A stretch of 64,000 bases of DNA from Candidatus Calescibacterium sp. (GTDB lineage: Bacteria > DRYD01). This document shows, in pieces, positions 30,140-39,110 of the stretch (positions within the stretch are counted from its first letter, which is position 1; each line of letters begins with the position of its first letter). The notes under the pieces were generated by a model. That model saw only the letters and a program-made list of their open reading frames with translations. It was not told the DNA's origin and searched no databases. Both the position numbers and the translations under genes were made by a program. The stretch lies in the NCBI GenBank assembly GCA_025059235.1, contig JANXCV010000003.1, forward strand, positions 131,509 to 195,508, given 5' to 3'.

Positions 30140-31389
30140 GTATTGCTATAATAGGTGCTGGTATTACAGGACTTACTCTAGCTAATCTATTAAAAAACCA
30201 AAAAGTAGTGGTATTTGAGGAAAATGAAATAGGAGGTAAAATAAGAACGAAGCACTATACCTACAGAGATAAAAGTTATTTTATCGAGCTTGGACCTGAT
30301 TCATTGGTATTTGATAGTGAAAAATTAAAGTTGATCGAAGAGTATTTCCCGAAAATCTTTGAGAACAAAAATTTTGTACGGAAAAACAGAATACATATTT
30401 ATGGATTTGGGAAAATATATCCAGTTCCCTTAAATGCTTTGGAATTCTTACTATCTGGCTTTTTGAGTCCTTTACAGAAGATAAATTTTATATTGAATTT
30501 CTTTTTTAAACGAAAAATCGATTATCGAAATTATTTGACTCTGTATGATTATGCTGTAAATAGGTTTGGGGAAGATTTTTCGAAAAGAATTATTTTTCCC
30601 CTTTTTGAGACTGTATTTGGAATAGATTCTAAAAGACTGGTTCTCAAGTTCGTTTATCCTTTCTTAAAAAGATTCGAAGAGAGAATTTATTATGAACCAT
30701 TTCCTATGTTCAATACTTCTACCGGTCTTTCCTCTATCATTAGTCGATTATCCGAAGGTATAAAAATCCTAAAAGAGAAAGTAGAATTTATTTACCCTGA
30801 TGGCAGTGAATTCATCATCAATCATAAGTATAGATTCAAGAAAATTGTTTTTACAGGGGAAAGTAAAAACATAATCGCATTACTTAGAAAAATGGTTGAT
30901 TACGATGAAAATATAGAGATAGCTTGTAAAGAGTTATCCAAATTGAATTACCGTTCATCTTTTATTCATATATTTATTCTCAGGCATGAGATTCCACTGA
31001 AATCAAACGGGATTATTTTTGTAGACGGGGATTTTATTAACTCAATTACGTTTTTCTCTAAAAAGTGGTACGATGGAGCAGATATTGAAATATTAAGAGT
31101 TTTTTCAAAGAATGATAGTATAGATGGTGTTTTTAGGGAATTATCGGACCTATTTAAAAAAATAAATTATGACCTTGAAAGTAACATTATCGAGCATTTT
31201 AGTATATCTTGGCATAGTTCTTTAATCGATTATGATTCAAATTACATGGAATTCTTAATTTCTTCTAAGGATTATTTACAGAAACTTGAACGGAAGGGAA
31301 TTTACATTTTTGGTAGCTTCTTGGGAGGAAGTGGGATAGTTGATAGAATGATTTTTGTTTTAAAAAACTTCCAAAAAATTTTAGTCTAA
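30136..31389 (+). CDS. FAD-dependent oxidoreductase (protoporphyrinogen/amine oxidase-like fold)
   Basis: The dinucleotide motif MSIAIIGAGITGLTLANLL..VFEENEIGGK is present. I place the start at ATG 30136, an ATGA overlap with the rsmH stop, rather than the track's TTG at 30121. Confidence 0.65.
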   Translation: MSIAIIGAGITGLTLANLLKNQKVVVFEENEIGGKIRTKHYTYRDKSYFIELGPDSLVFDSEKLKLIEEYFPKIFENKNFVRKNRIHIYGFGKIYPVPLNALEFLLSGFLSPLQKINFILNFFFKRKIDYRNYLTLYDYAVNRFGEDFSKRIIFPLFETVFGIDSKRLVLKFVYPFLKRFEERIYYEPFPMFNTSTGLSSIISRLSEGIKILKEKVEFIYPDGSEFIINHKYRFKKIVFTGESKNIIALLRKMVDYDENIEIACKELSKLNYRSSFIHIFILRHEIPLKSNGIIFVDGDFINSITFFSKKWYDGADIEILRVFSKNDSIDGVFRELSDLFKKINYDLESNIIEHFSISWHSSLIDYDSNYMEFLISSKDYLQKLERKGIYIFGSFLGGSGIVDRMIFVLKNFQKILV

Positions 31390-31399
31390 AACTACGGTA

Positions 31400-31421
31400 T
31401 TTTTTACACTTTTTTTACAAT
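31400..31421. promoter_or_regulatory. direct-repeat motif TTTTTTACAC-TTTTTTTACAAT (TTTACA-N5-TTTACA, 11-nt period)
   Basis: It sits in the 40-nt gap upstream of the EEP-nuclease / M4-like gene pair. It matches the copy at 49643..49664 at 20 of 22 positions. Confidence 0.5.
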
Positions 31422-31429
31422 TTATTATC

Positions 31430-32293
31430 GTGTTTTCAAAATATTGCTTAATAATGGATTCATCTCGATGGATTGGAAATGGAAAAATGATGGAGATTAA
31501 GATTGGTACATATAATGTTCAGAACTTGTTTGATAAATTTGATGATCCATTAAAAGAAGATGGTCCACCCAAGTCGGACGAATCTAAAAAAGCACTTGCT
31601 GAAGTGATTAAGACTCTTGACAACGATATATTAGCACTGCAAGAGGTTGAGAATATCGAGATCATACAAGAGGTTCTAGATCTAGCAGGCTTAAAGGAGA
31701 GGTATAATATAATAGTTGGTAAGAGCGATGGTAGGGGCATAGCTTGTGCTTTGCTAGTCGATAAAAAATTCCCTATAAAGAGCTGGACCATAAATGAAAA
31801 TGAAAGTTTATTTTATAGACCTCCTGTTGAGGCTATAGTTGAAATCGCTCCAGGTTTTAATGTGAAATTCATAACTGTACATTTCAAAGCTAAAATGACT
31901 CCAGAATCCAAGGAACAAAGAATAAAAGAGGCTAAAAGAACTATCGAGATGGCAAAAAAAACGAATATACCCACTGTTATACTTGGTGACTATAATGATC
32001 TACCTGATTCAGAAATTAGTTCAATATTTGAAAACAATGGTTTTGTAGATGTAAGAAAGATAGACAAACTTTCAAAAGATATTGATAGTCCTACCAAAAT
32101 TCTAGAAAATTTTGAGAATTGGAGTATTATCGACTATATCAGGGTAAACAATCCTATCCATAGTCTAGTTGTTCAGGGGAGTTACGATGTTCTGGATGAA
32201 AAAGAAAAATTTGAGGTAAAAATTGCATCTGATCATAGACCCGTTAGCATTGTAATTAGGGGAATTTTTTTGAATTTCGAAGAATTTAAATAA
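31430..32293 (+). CDS. endonuclease/exonuclease/phosphatase (EEP) family protein
   Basis: Blocks present: IKIGTYNVQNLFD, DILALQEVEN, VILGDYND, IASDHRPVSI. The real start is probably an internal ATG (31454, 31487 or 31490), because the domain begins at IKIGTYN. Confidence 0.8.
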   Translation: MFSKYCLIMDSSRWIGNGKMMEIKIGTYNVQNLFDKFDDPLKEDGPPKSDESKKALAEVIKTLDNDILALQEVENIEIIQEVLDLAGLKERYNIIVGKSDGRGIACALLVDKKFPIKSWTINENESLFYRPPVEAIVEIAPGFNVKFITVHFKAKMTPESKEQRIKEAKRTIEMAKKTNIPTVILGDYNDLPDSEISSIFENNGFVDVRKIDKLSKDIDSPTKILENFENWSIIDYIRVNNPIHSLVVQGSYDVLDEKEKFEVKIASDHRPVSIVIRGIFLNFEEFK

Positions 32294-32309
32294 GAAAGGG
32301 GTGAATAAA

Positions 32310-33962
32310 ATGCTAAATACAAATAAATTTATACCTAATATTCTATATGCAAATTCTTCTAAGATCATGGAATTTCAAAACCCCATGGTTAATTATCACC
32401 CTCAGAACCATGATCAGTATTACCAGGACACTATCCCTTCATATATTGAGATAAGAGAGTTTAATTTGGAGGAAAATAAGCAGAAAATAGCTGAATACAT
32501 TAGAAAACTACTTTCAACCAGTACAAATAATAATTTGGATGATTACGAAAAGGATGAAATTGTAAAAAAACTACTATCAAAATTTCCCACCAAGGCTTAT
32601 ATAGTATCAACTGATAACATTAGAATGCTTATAACTCAATATGATAGGGTAAAAAGTGAATTATCCAGTGCTGGAAATAACATCAGTAACTTAAAACCTG
32701 GATCTTTACTGTACTACGCCATATCTACTGCTTACAGCATAGAAAAAAATAACCTCAGATGGTTTAACAATATAAAGGAAGATTTATTCAAAGAGAGGAT
32801 AGACGTAGATATCTTGGGAAGTAATTCTTACAAGGATTTCGTGGAAAATGCTTCATACGATCCTATATCTAGAAAAATTGCCTTTGGAACTTTTATTTCC
32901 TACAAAGACAAGAAGGTTTACAACGCTACTCAGGACACTGATATTGTTATTCATGAATTAGGTCATGCCATTTTGGATCATCTAAGGCCTAGCTATATGG
33001 ATAACATTTTCGATTTAGAAAGTCAAGCTATTCACGAAGCTTTCAGTGATATTAATGCTTTTTTGCATGCTGCAATGGACAGGAATATAAAGGTTAAGCC
33101 AGAAGATCTAGATCGACCCAATCCCATCTCTTCAATCGCCGAATATCTGGGTTCCATATTCAACACCCAAAATAAAATAAAAAAAGAGATTTTAGAAAAC
33201 GACTTTCTAGCTGATCTCGAGAAAATATCTGATAACAAACCCATAAGAGAACTATCTCAAATTAAGGAATACAAACCTTATTCCAAACTTATAGAGAAAA
33301 TACCTCACAGTTATTCCCTAGCCTTAAGCACTACTTTTTACAGAGCATTTACCTATTATGCTAAAGAAATAGGGGATGTTCACAAAGCGGCAGAGGAGTT
33401 TTTTAAAGTTTTTGCCATGGGAACCAAAATTTCTCCAGTGGCTTCCTCAACTATGCCAGAATTCTACAAATCTATCATCATTGCCGATATCATATACAAC
33501 GGTTCTAAATTGTCAAAATACCTTATCAAAGCTGCAAATGAAAGCAAATTATTAAACACTTCTATAGAGCAAATTCAAAACGAAATTACTAATTCCAAAT
33601 CCCTAGATGTATCAGAAATAAAGCAAGAAATACAAAAAGCTAAAAATGTAAATGTAATAGAATTGTACAAAAAGCTAGAAAAGTCATTGTTAAACTTTCT
33701 AAAAGCCAATTTTCCTGAATTTTCTCTTGTTAAGGATATAAAGGTTAACATCTATCCAGGAATAAATAACCATCTGAATTTAGAAGCTACATATGTTTAT
33801 CCTGTTGATCTGAAATACGATAATAAAAGTGTGGTTATATACGGTGGGGTTTTGTTGGTATTCGACGATAATCTGAATCTAGTTTACTCACACATAGAAA
33901 AACTATCTATTGAAAAAGTGGCCAAGATGAAAGATTATATGGCGAGAAACATCATTTTTTGA
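32310..33962 (+). CDS. divergent thermolysin (M4)-like zinc metallopeptidase, no signal peptide
   Basis: The zinc motif VIHELGHAILD is followed 24 aa after the second His by IHEAFSDINAF (compare NEAFSD of M4). Further on, PHSYSLALSTTFY fits the M4 H..S.......Y block. ATG 32310 is preceded by GGGGTGA. The track's GTG at 32301 lies inside that SD. Confidence 0.55.
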   Translation: MLNTNKFIPNILYANSSKIMEFQNPMVNYHPQNHDQYYQDTIPSYIEIREFNLEENKQKIAEYIRKLLSTSTNNNLDDYEKDEIVKKLLSKFPTKAYIVSTDNIRMLITQYDRVKSELSSAGNNISNLKPGSLLYYAISTAYSIEKNNLRWFNNIKEDLFKERIDVDILGSNSYKDFVENASYDPISRKIAFGTFISYKDKKVYNATQDTDIVIHELGHAILDHLRPSYMDNIFDLESQAIHEAFSDINAFLHAAMDRNIKVKPEDLDRPNPISSIAEYLGSIFNTQNKIKKEILENDFLADLEKISDNKPIRELSQIKEYKPYSKLIEKIPHSYSLALSTTFYRAFTYYAKEIGDVHKAAEEFFKVFAMGTKISPVASSTMPEFYKSIIIADIIYNGSKLSKYLIKAANESKLLNTSIEQIQNEITNSKSLDVSEIKQEIQKAKNVNVIELYKKLEKSLLNFLKANFPEFSLVKDIKVNIYPGINNHLNLEATYVYPVDLKYDNKSVVIYGGVLLVFDDNLNLVYSHIEKLSIEKVAKMKDYMARNIIF

Positions 33963-33972
33963 GGGATTACTG

Positions 33973-34617
33973 TTGGATAATGATAATTTAAATCAAGCTT
34001 GGAAAGAGATAAAATATGTTATAGACGAATTAGGAGAGAATTTTTTTCCTTCTTCGTCGGGTAATATCAGTGTGAAGTTGGATGATGTTATTTATTGCAC
34101 TCCATCTGGTTATAGGAAGAAAGACCTAGTGAAAAATTTGATTTCAGTTGTAAACATGAATAATGATTTATTGTCAGGTCCGAGGCAAACAAGTGAAATA
34201 AGACTGCATTTAGAGATATACAAAAATTTCGGGCAAGCTAGGTATGTTATTCATACCCATCCCCTTTTTTGCTCAATTTTCGCCTGCACAAATAGAAAAA
34301 TAGATATTTCTATTTTGCCTGAGTACTACATTAAAATAAAAAGGATTGTATACGTTAAGTATGTAACACCAGGAACTGTAGAGTTAGCTAAGGAAGTTGT
34401 AAGGTCAATAAATAGAATTTTGACGGATACTTGGGAAGGAGTAGTGATTTTAAGAAATCATGGTTTGGTTGTGTTTTCGAATGATCTAAATAGATGCATA
34501 GACTTAACTAAATGTACAGAAGAGATAGCTAAGATAAACTATTTGTTATTAGGTTTAGGAAAGTACAGAAGAATACCGAAACATTTGTTAAATATTCTTG
34601 ATAAATATTCTCGATGA
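33973..34617 (+). CDS. class II aldolase/adducin-family protein
   Basis: Blocks present: SSGNISVKL, E..LH..IY, YVIHTHP, NHGLVVF. The TTG start has GAGGG 7 nt upstream. Confidence 0.75.
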   Translation: MDNDNLNQAWKEIKYVIDELGENFFPSSSGNISVKLDDVIYCTPSGYRKKDLVKNLISVVNMNNDLLSGPRQTSEIRLHLEIYKNFGQARYVIHTHPLFCSIFACTNRKIDISILPEYYIKIKRIVYVKYVTPGTVELAKEVVRSINRILTDTWEGVVILRNHGLVVFSNDLNRCIDLTKCTEEIAKINYLLLGLGKYRRIPKHLLNILDKYSR

Positions 34618-34621
34618 GAGC

Positions 34622-35320
34622 TTATTTTATTTGATAGTTAACTATCCATTCGTTTCCGTCTTGTATAATTTTGCCTTCTACTTTTAGGTCTGTTGTTACG
34701 TCTAGTATTAGTTTGGTTTCAACCTGCTCTTCGGGGCTTTGTGATGATTTAGATATATAAGTTGCTCTAACCAGTTCTTTAGTACAAGTACAGTTTTGTT
34801 TTACTTTGTATAAGCTTTGTTTGGTGTAAGGATCATAGGTCAGGGTTAGTTGAGCATACATATTGCTTCTTATTATTTCCTTAAGATCAAGTTTTGTCAT
34901 TTTTGGACTGGGTAAGATTGTAGAAGATAAGTTCTGGAATCCCCACTGATCATGAGTTTCATTGTACACCGTATTTATTATGACGTTATCTTTAATGTTT
35001 TTTAGGAATATTTGTTTTTTGAAATTTGGATTGGCGTTTGATTCGATTATCATTACATCGTAATTTACAGTATTGTTCCCTATTTTGCCACAGATCGTTA
35101 TTGTATTAGAACTAATTGGTTTTAGAAAGAGTTTGATGGGTAGATTTGCGAATATTCCCTCTATTTTTGCATATCCTTGGTTTTTAATTTTTTCGACTAC
35201 TTTAGACATTATGAAGCTGTCGTTAAACGGTAAAAGAGCATACTCCAAAGAATTATCAACGTTCGAAAAATCTATTTTGAATGTATCCTTTATAGTTGTT
35301 TGAATAGGGGTTATATTCAT
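34622..35320 (-). CDS. hypothetical protein
   Basis: The 232 aa ORF has a strong SD (AAAGGAGGGA) upstream. It has no signal peptide or TM helix, and I recognise no motif. It is divergent from fliM. Confidence 0.55.
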   Translation of the reverse strand: MNITPIQTTIKDTFKIDFSNVDNSLEYALLPFNDSFIMSKVVEKIKNQGYAKIEGIFANLPIKLFLKPISSNTITICGKIGNNTVNYDVMIIESNANPNFKKQIFLKNIKDNVIINTVYNETHDQWGFQNLSSTILPSPKMTKLDLKEIIRSNMYAQLTLTYDPYTKQSLYKVKQNCTCTKELVRATYISKSSQSPEEQVETKLILDVTTDLKVEGKIIQDGNEWIVNYQIK

Positions 35321-35448
35321 TTTTTTTCCCTCCTTTCTTTGTGTATATCTCTATCCGCTTTATGGATTCAGTTATTTTTTTTAAAAAAATGTAAAATTCT
35401 GGCTAAAGGTAATCAAATTAGTTGTAAAGAAAATATTATAAAGGAAAT

Positions 35449-36435
35449 ATGAAGCAGAATCCTTTTGAGAAGTATGTACGCAAGAATGTTCCTAGTGTTC
35501 AAGAAAGTCAATCCTTTTCAATAACCAAGCCTCAATTCACTGCCTTCGAAAGTAAGTTTATCCACGGATTCTTCAAAGATTACTTTGAACAGTTATCTAT
35601 TTCTCTGTCCGAAATCATTCAGAGAAAGATGGTTTTAGAATTAGCAGGCATAGAAGTGCTACAATTTGCAGAATTCATCGATTATATACCTAATCCCAGT
35701 TTGATAGTGAGGTTTGATATAGAAGATAGCTTAACTGTTTATCCCAAATGTGTCATAATTATTGATCCATATATAGTTTTTATTTTTTTGGATTTATTGC
35801 TAGGCGGTAAAGGAGAAGTTTTATCTAAGATCAGAGAGTTTACAAAATTGGAGTTACATTTGTTCTCCACTTTTTTTGTAGAGGAGTTTGTTAAGAATTA
35901 CAATAGAATTTTGAATGGTCTAGCCAGTCAGGAAAACAAGAAATTAGGTTTTTTGAAGTTAGAAAAGGTATCATCAGAATCTGCCCTGGCACTGGTTATA
36001 CCCTACACCGCAAATGTAGCTAAGATAAATTTCAATATTCGTATTGAAATGGTGGATTCTACTGCTAATTTTATAATTCCCTTTAATTTTTTGCGGGAAA
36101 TCGTACCTCAACAAAAAGCTGTCCTATCTACTACAATTAACCCAGACATTCTGAATAAAATACTTAAAGATCAATCCAAGATACTAAGTGAAAAAAATAT
36201 TGGTTTCAGTAGGGTAGAGCTTGTGGTTGAGTTAGGCAAAACGGAGGTCCTATTTAGAGATCTACTCAATATAGAAGTAGGAGATATAATCGCACTAGAT
36301 AATAGAATCGATGAGGAAGTAAAAATAAAGATAGAGGGAAAAACAAAATTCTTAGGAAAAATAGGTCTAGTCGGAAATAAAATTGGGGTGAAGATAACAA
36401 AGGTTCTAAGTGAAGAAGAAGCCGAAGAGTACTAG
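35449..36435 (+). CDS. fliM: flagellar motor switch protein FliM
   Basis: The middle domain reads FIHGFFKDYFEQLSISLSEIIQRKMVLELAGIEVLQFAEFIDYIPNPSLIV..IIIDPYIVFIFLDLLLGGKG. The C-terminal FliN-like SpoA domain reads LLNIEVGDIIALDNRIDEEVKIKIEGKTKFLGKIG. It lies directly upstream of fliN. Confidence 0.85.
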   Translation: MKQNPFEKYVRKNVPSVQESQSFSITKPQFTAFESKFIHGFFKDYFEQLSISLSEIIQRKMVLELAGIEVLQFAEFIDYIPNPSLIVRFDIEDSLTVYPKCVIIIDPYIVFIFLDLLLGGKGEVLSKIREFTKLELHLFSTFFVEEFVKNYNRILNGLASQENKKLGFLKLEKVSSESALALVIPYTANVAKINFNIRIEMVDSTANFIIPFNFLREIVPQQKAVLSTTINPDILNKILKDQSKILSEKNIGFSRVELVVELGKTEVLFRDLLNIEVGDIIALDNRIDEEVKIKIEGKTKFLGKIGLVGNKIGVKITKVLSEEEAEEY

Positions 36436-36447
36436 GGAGGATGGAAT

Positions 36448-36753
36448 ATGAACGAAAAAGATGTCATAAAGCCATTTAACCTGCCTCAACTTGAGAAAAC
36501 TCCTGTTCAATCATCTGTAGAATCTAATCTGGATCTTTTACAGGACATACCTTTAACTGTAACTGTCGAGATAGGAAGGGCAAAAATGCTGGTAAAAGAT
36601 GTTCTGAGGCTTACTGTTGGATCCGTTGTAGAGTTAGATAAACTAGCTGGAGAACCTGTGGACATACTGGTTAATGGCAAAATAATAGCTAGAGGTGAAG
36701 TCATCGCAGTCAACGAAAACTATGGAATAAGAATAACTGAAATAGTAAAGTAA
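36448..36753 (+). CDS. fliN: flagellar motor switch protein FliN
   Basis: The SpoA domain reads LLQDIPLTVTVEIGRAKMLVKDVLRLTVGSVVELDKLAGEPVDILVNGKIIARGEVIAVNENYGIRITEIV. Confidence 0.9.
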   Translation: MNEKDVIKPFNLPQLEKTPVQSSVESNLDLLQDIPLTVTVEIGRAKMLVKDVLRLTVGSVVELDKLAGEPVDILVNGKIIARGEVIAVNENYGIRITEIVK

Positions 36754-36755
36754 AT

Positions 36756-37022
36756 ATGGAACTATTCCAGCTTGGACTTGTTTTTCTGTTCTACGCTATT
36801 GTCATAGGTGTCATAGGATACTTCTTACTCAAATTCATAAACAGGATTCAGTATCCAAATAGTGTGAAGATATCTCAGGTTATAGACAGAATCTATTTAG
36901 CTCCAAATAAGGGAATAGTATTTGTAAAAGTTAGTAACAAGGTTTATATGATCGGTGTTGCAGATAATAACATAGTATTGCTAAAGGAATTTGATTATAC
37001 AGAGGTTCATAAGAAGGAATAG
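36756..37022 (+). CDS. fliO: flagellar biosynthesis protein FliO-like (single TM)
   Basis: The 88 aa ORF has one N-terminal TM helix and sits between fliN and fliP. Its sequence is poorly conserved, as is usual for FliO. Confidence 0.55.
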   Translation: MELFQLGLVFLFYAIVIGVIGYFLLKFINRIQYPNSVKISQVIDRIYLAPNKGIVFVKVSNKVYMIGVADNNIVLLKEFDYTEVHKKE

Positions 37023-37033
37023 GAGGGAAGCCT

Positions 37034-37783
37034 ATGAAATTTTTTTGTATTTATTTCCTATTGATGATGCTTCTAGGTTTAGTTTGGGCAGCAGACATTC
37101 CAAAAATAGATTTACCAAATGTTTCGATCCAATTCAAGGATACTAAATCTACGGATGCTCTGGCTGCTCCCTTGAAAGCTCTAGGATTGATAACCGTCTT
37201 ATCTTTAGCACCCTACATTATTATAATGATGACTCCTTATATTAGGGTTGTAATAGTTTTTTCTATGCTCAGATCGGCTATGGGTACACAACAAACCCCA
37301 CCCAATCAGGTAATCATAGCCTTCTCTTTCTTCGTAACACTATATATCCTTAACCCTGTTCTTACTGAGATAAACGAAAAAGCTCTACAACCTTATCTAA
37401 AAAGGCAAATAACGCAAGAACAGTTTATACAGATAAGTTCGAATATCTATAAGAGATTTATGTACAAGCATACTAAGCCTGAGGATCTTGCATTTTTTAT
37501 TCAGTATGCTAAGATAAAGAAACCTGAAAAACCTGAGGATATACCTCTACAAGTTCTGATACCTGCTTATTTGTTATCTGAATTGAAAGCTGCCTTTATA
37601 ATAGGATTTCTAATATACTTGCCATTTTTGGTAATCGATATGATAGTGGGGTCTGTTTTGATGGCAATGGGGATGTTCATGATGTCTCCCATGGTAGTTT
37701 CTTTACCCTTTAAACTGCTACTTTTTGTAAGTATAGACGGTTGGAAACTTATTACAGAGGGACTTATTAAGAGTTATCGATGA
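37034..37783 (+). CDS. fliP: flagellar export apparatus protein FliP
   Basis: A signal-like N-terminus is followed by TPYIRVVIVFSMLRSAMGTQQTPPNQVIIAFSFFVTLYILNPV and FLIYLPFLVIDMIVGSVLMAMGM. Confidence 0.95.
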   Translation: MKFFCIYFLLMMLLGLVWAADIPKIDLPNVSIQFKDTKSTDALAAPLKALGLITVLSLAPYIIIMMTPYIRVVIVFSMLRSAMGTQQTPPNQVIIAFSFFVTLYILNPVLTEINEKALQPYLKRQITQEQFIQISSNIYKRFMYKHTKPEDLAFFIQYAKIKKPEKPEDIPLQVLIPAYLLSELKAAFIIGFLIYLPFLVIDMIVGSVLMAMGMFMMSPMVVSLPFKLLLFVSIDGWKLITEGLIKSYR

Positions 37784-38046
37784 ATGCTTTTGATATTATG
37801 AACTTTGTTACGCAGGCCATGTACCTGATCGTCGTTCTTTCCGCACCCATATTGCTTACTTCTATGGTTGTTGGCTTGGTTATAAGTTTATTGCAAGCTG
37901 TTACACAGATTCAAGAACAGACCCTGAGTTTTGTCCCCAAAATAATTGCTACTTTTATCGTTATAGCTTTAGTTGCAGGTTGGATATCTAATTCTGTGTA
38001 TACTTTCGCTGTTGAAGTGTTTAAATACATTTCTAACATTAAGTAG
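37780..38046 (+). CDS. fliQ: flagellar export apparatus protein FliQ
   Basis: The 88 aa ORF has two TM helices. The block LLTSMVVGLVISLLQAVTQIQEQTLSFVPKI is typical of FliQ. It overlaps the fliP stop by 4 nt. Confidence 0.9.
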   Translation: MNAFDIMNFVTQAMYLIVVLSAPILLTSMVVGLVISLLQAVTQIQEQTLSFVPKIIATFIVIALVAGWISNSVYTFAVEVFKYISNIK

Positions 38047-38081
38047 GAAGGTTTATTTTTATGTTTAAATAGATAGATGGT

Positions 38082-39110
38082 ATGATAATAGAAAGTAGAG
38101 CTCCCAATAGGATTGATCTTGCTGGTGGAACTTTAGACATATTCCCAATCTACATACTTCTCGGGTTAAGTATAGTAGTAAATGTATCAATTGGTATATA
38201 TAGTCATTGTATTCTAGAAAGTATAGATGAGGATATTTTGGAAATACAGATCAAAGATCTAGGTAAATTCTACAGGATTTCCAATTTAGAACAGATAAAG
38301 AACAACATAGATACGATGCTGATTTACGAAGTTATAAAGGCCTTCAAATTAGATAGCTACAAGGGTTATAGAATAACTACCTTCAACGAGGCTCCATTAA
38401 AGTCAGGTTTAGGAGCATCATCCGCTCTATTGATAACGATTATTAAGAACTTTCTCAGAACCAACAGAATCTTACACTCCAGCTTTAACGATTACGATAT
38501 CATAGATTTCGCTTCCTTTATAGAAGCAAAGGTTCTACATACGCTAACAGGTAAACAGGATTACATCGCAGCTATATACGGGGGTATCAATGCCATATTT
38601 TTTGATAAAAACCAGTTTGTTATAGAGAGAATAAACTCTGATAAATTAATCAGGGAACTTGAGAATTATGTTGTTCTTGCTTATTCAGGTTTTGAACACG
38701 AGTCTGGAAACCTGAATTGGATTGTCCTAAGAGCTGTGCTAGACAAAGACAAAGAAACCATTGAAAAACTACATAAAATCCAGGAAATATCTGAAGACGT
38801 ATATGAAGTAATCTCGATGTATGATATGGAGAAACTCGGGAACTTGATTAAACAAGAATGGAACATAAGAAAAACTCTTTCTGCTTACCATACAAATCAA
38901 TACATAAATGAATTCTGTTGTGCTATTGATAAGTATTGCTGGGGTTATAAGCTCTGTGGAGCAGCAGGAGGAGGAACCATTCTCATTCTCACAGATAAAC
39001 ATGAAAAGATTAGAAAAACTATCAAAGAATTTGGGTTTACTGAGCTAAAATTCGAAATCGATAATTTTGGACTGTCTACCAAAGTCCTAGACCTTTCATC
39101 GAACTCATAA
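38082..39110 (+). CDS. GHMP-family sugar kinase (heptose-7-phosphate kinase HddA-like)
   Basis: The N-terminus is RAPNRIDLAGGTLDI. GHMP motif II is PLKSGLGASSALLITII. The C-terminus has KLCGAGGGGT. The heptose assignment is suggested by gmhA nearby. Confidence 0.7.
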   Translation: MIIESRAPNRIDLAGGTLDIFPIYILLGLSIVVNVSIGIYSHCILESIDEDILEIQIKDLGKFYRISNLEQIKNNIDTMLIYEVIKAFKLDSYKGYRITTFNEAPLKSGLGASSALLITIIKNFLRTNRILHSSFNDYDIIDFASFIEAKVLHTLTGKQDYIAAIYGGINAIFFDKNQFVIERINSDKLIRELENYVVLAYSGFEHESGNLNWIVLRAVLDKDKETIEKLHKIQEISEDVYEVISMYDMEKLGNLIKQEWNIRKTLSAYHTNQYINEFCCAIDKYCWGYKLCGAAGGGTILILTDKHEKIRKTIKEFGFTELKFEIDNFGLSTKVLDLSSNS

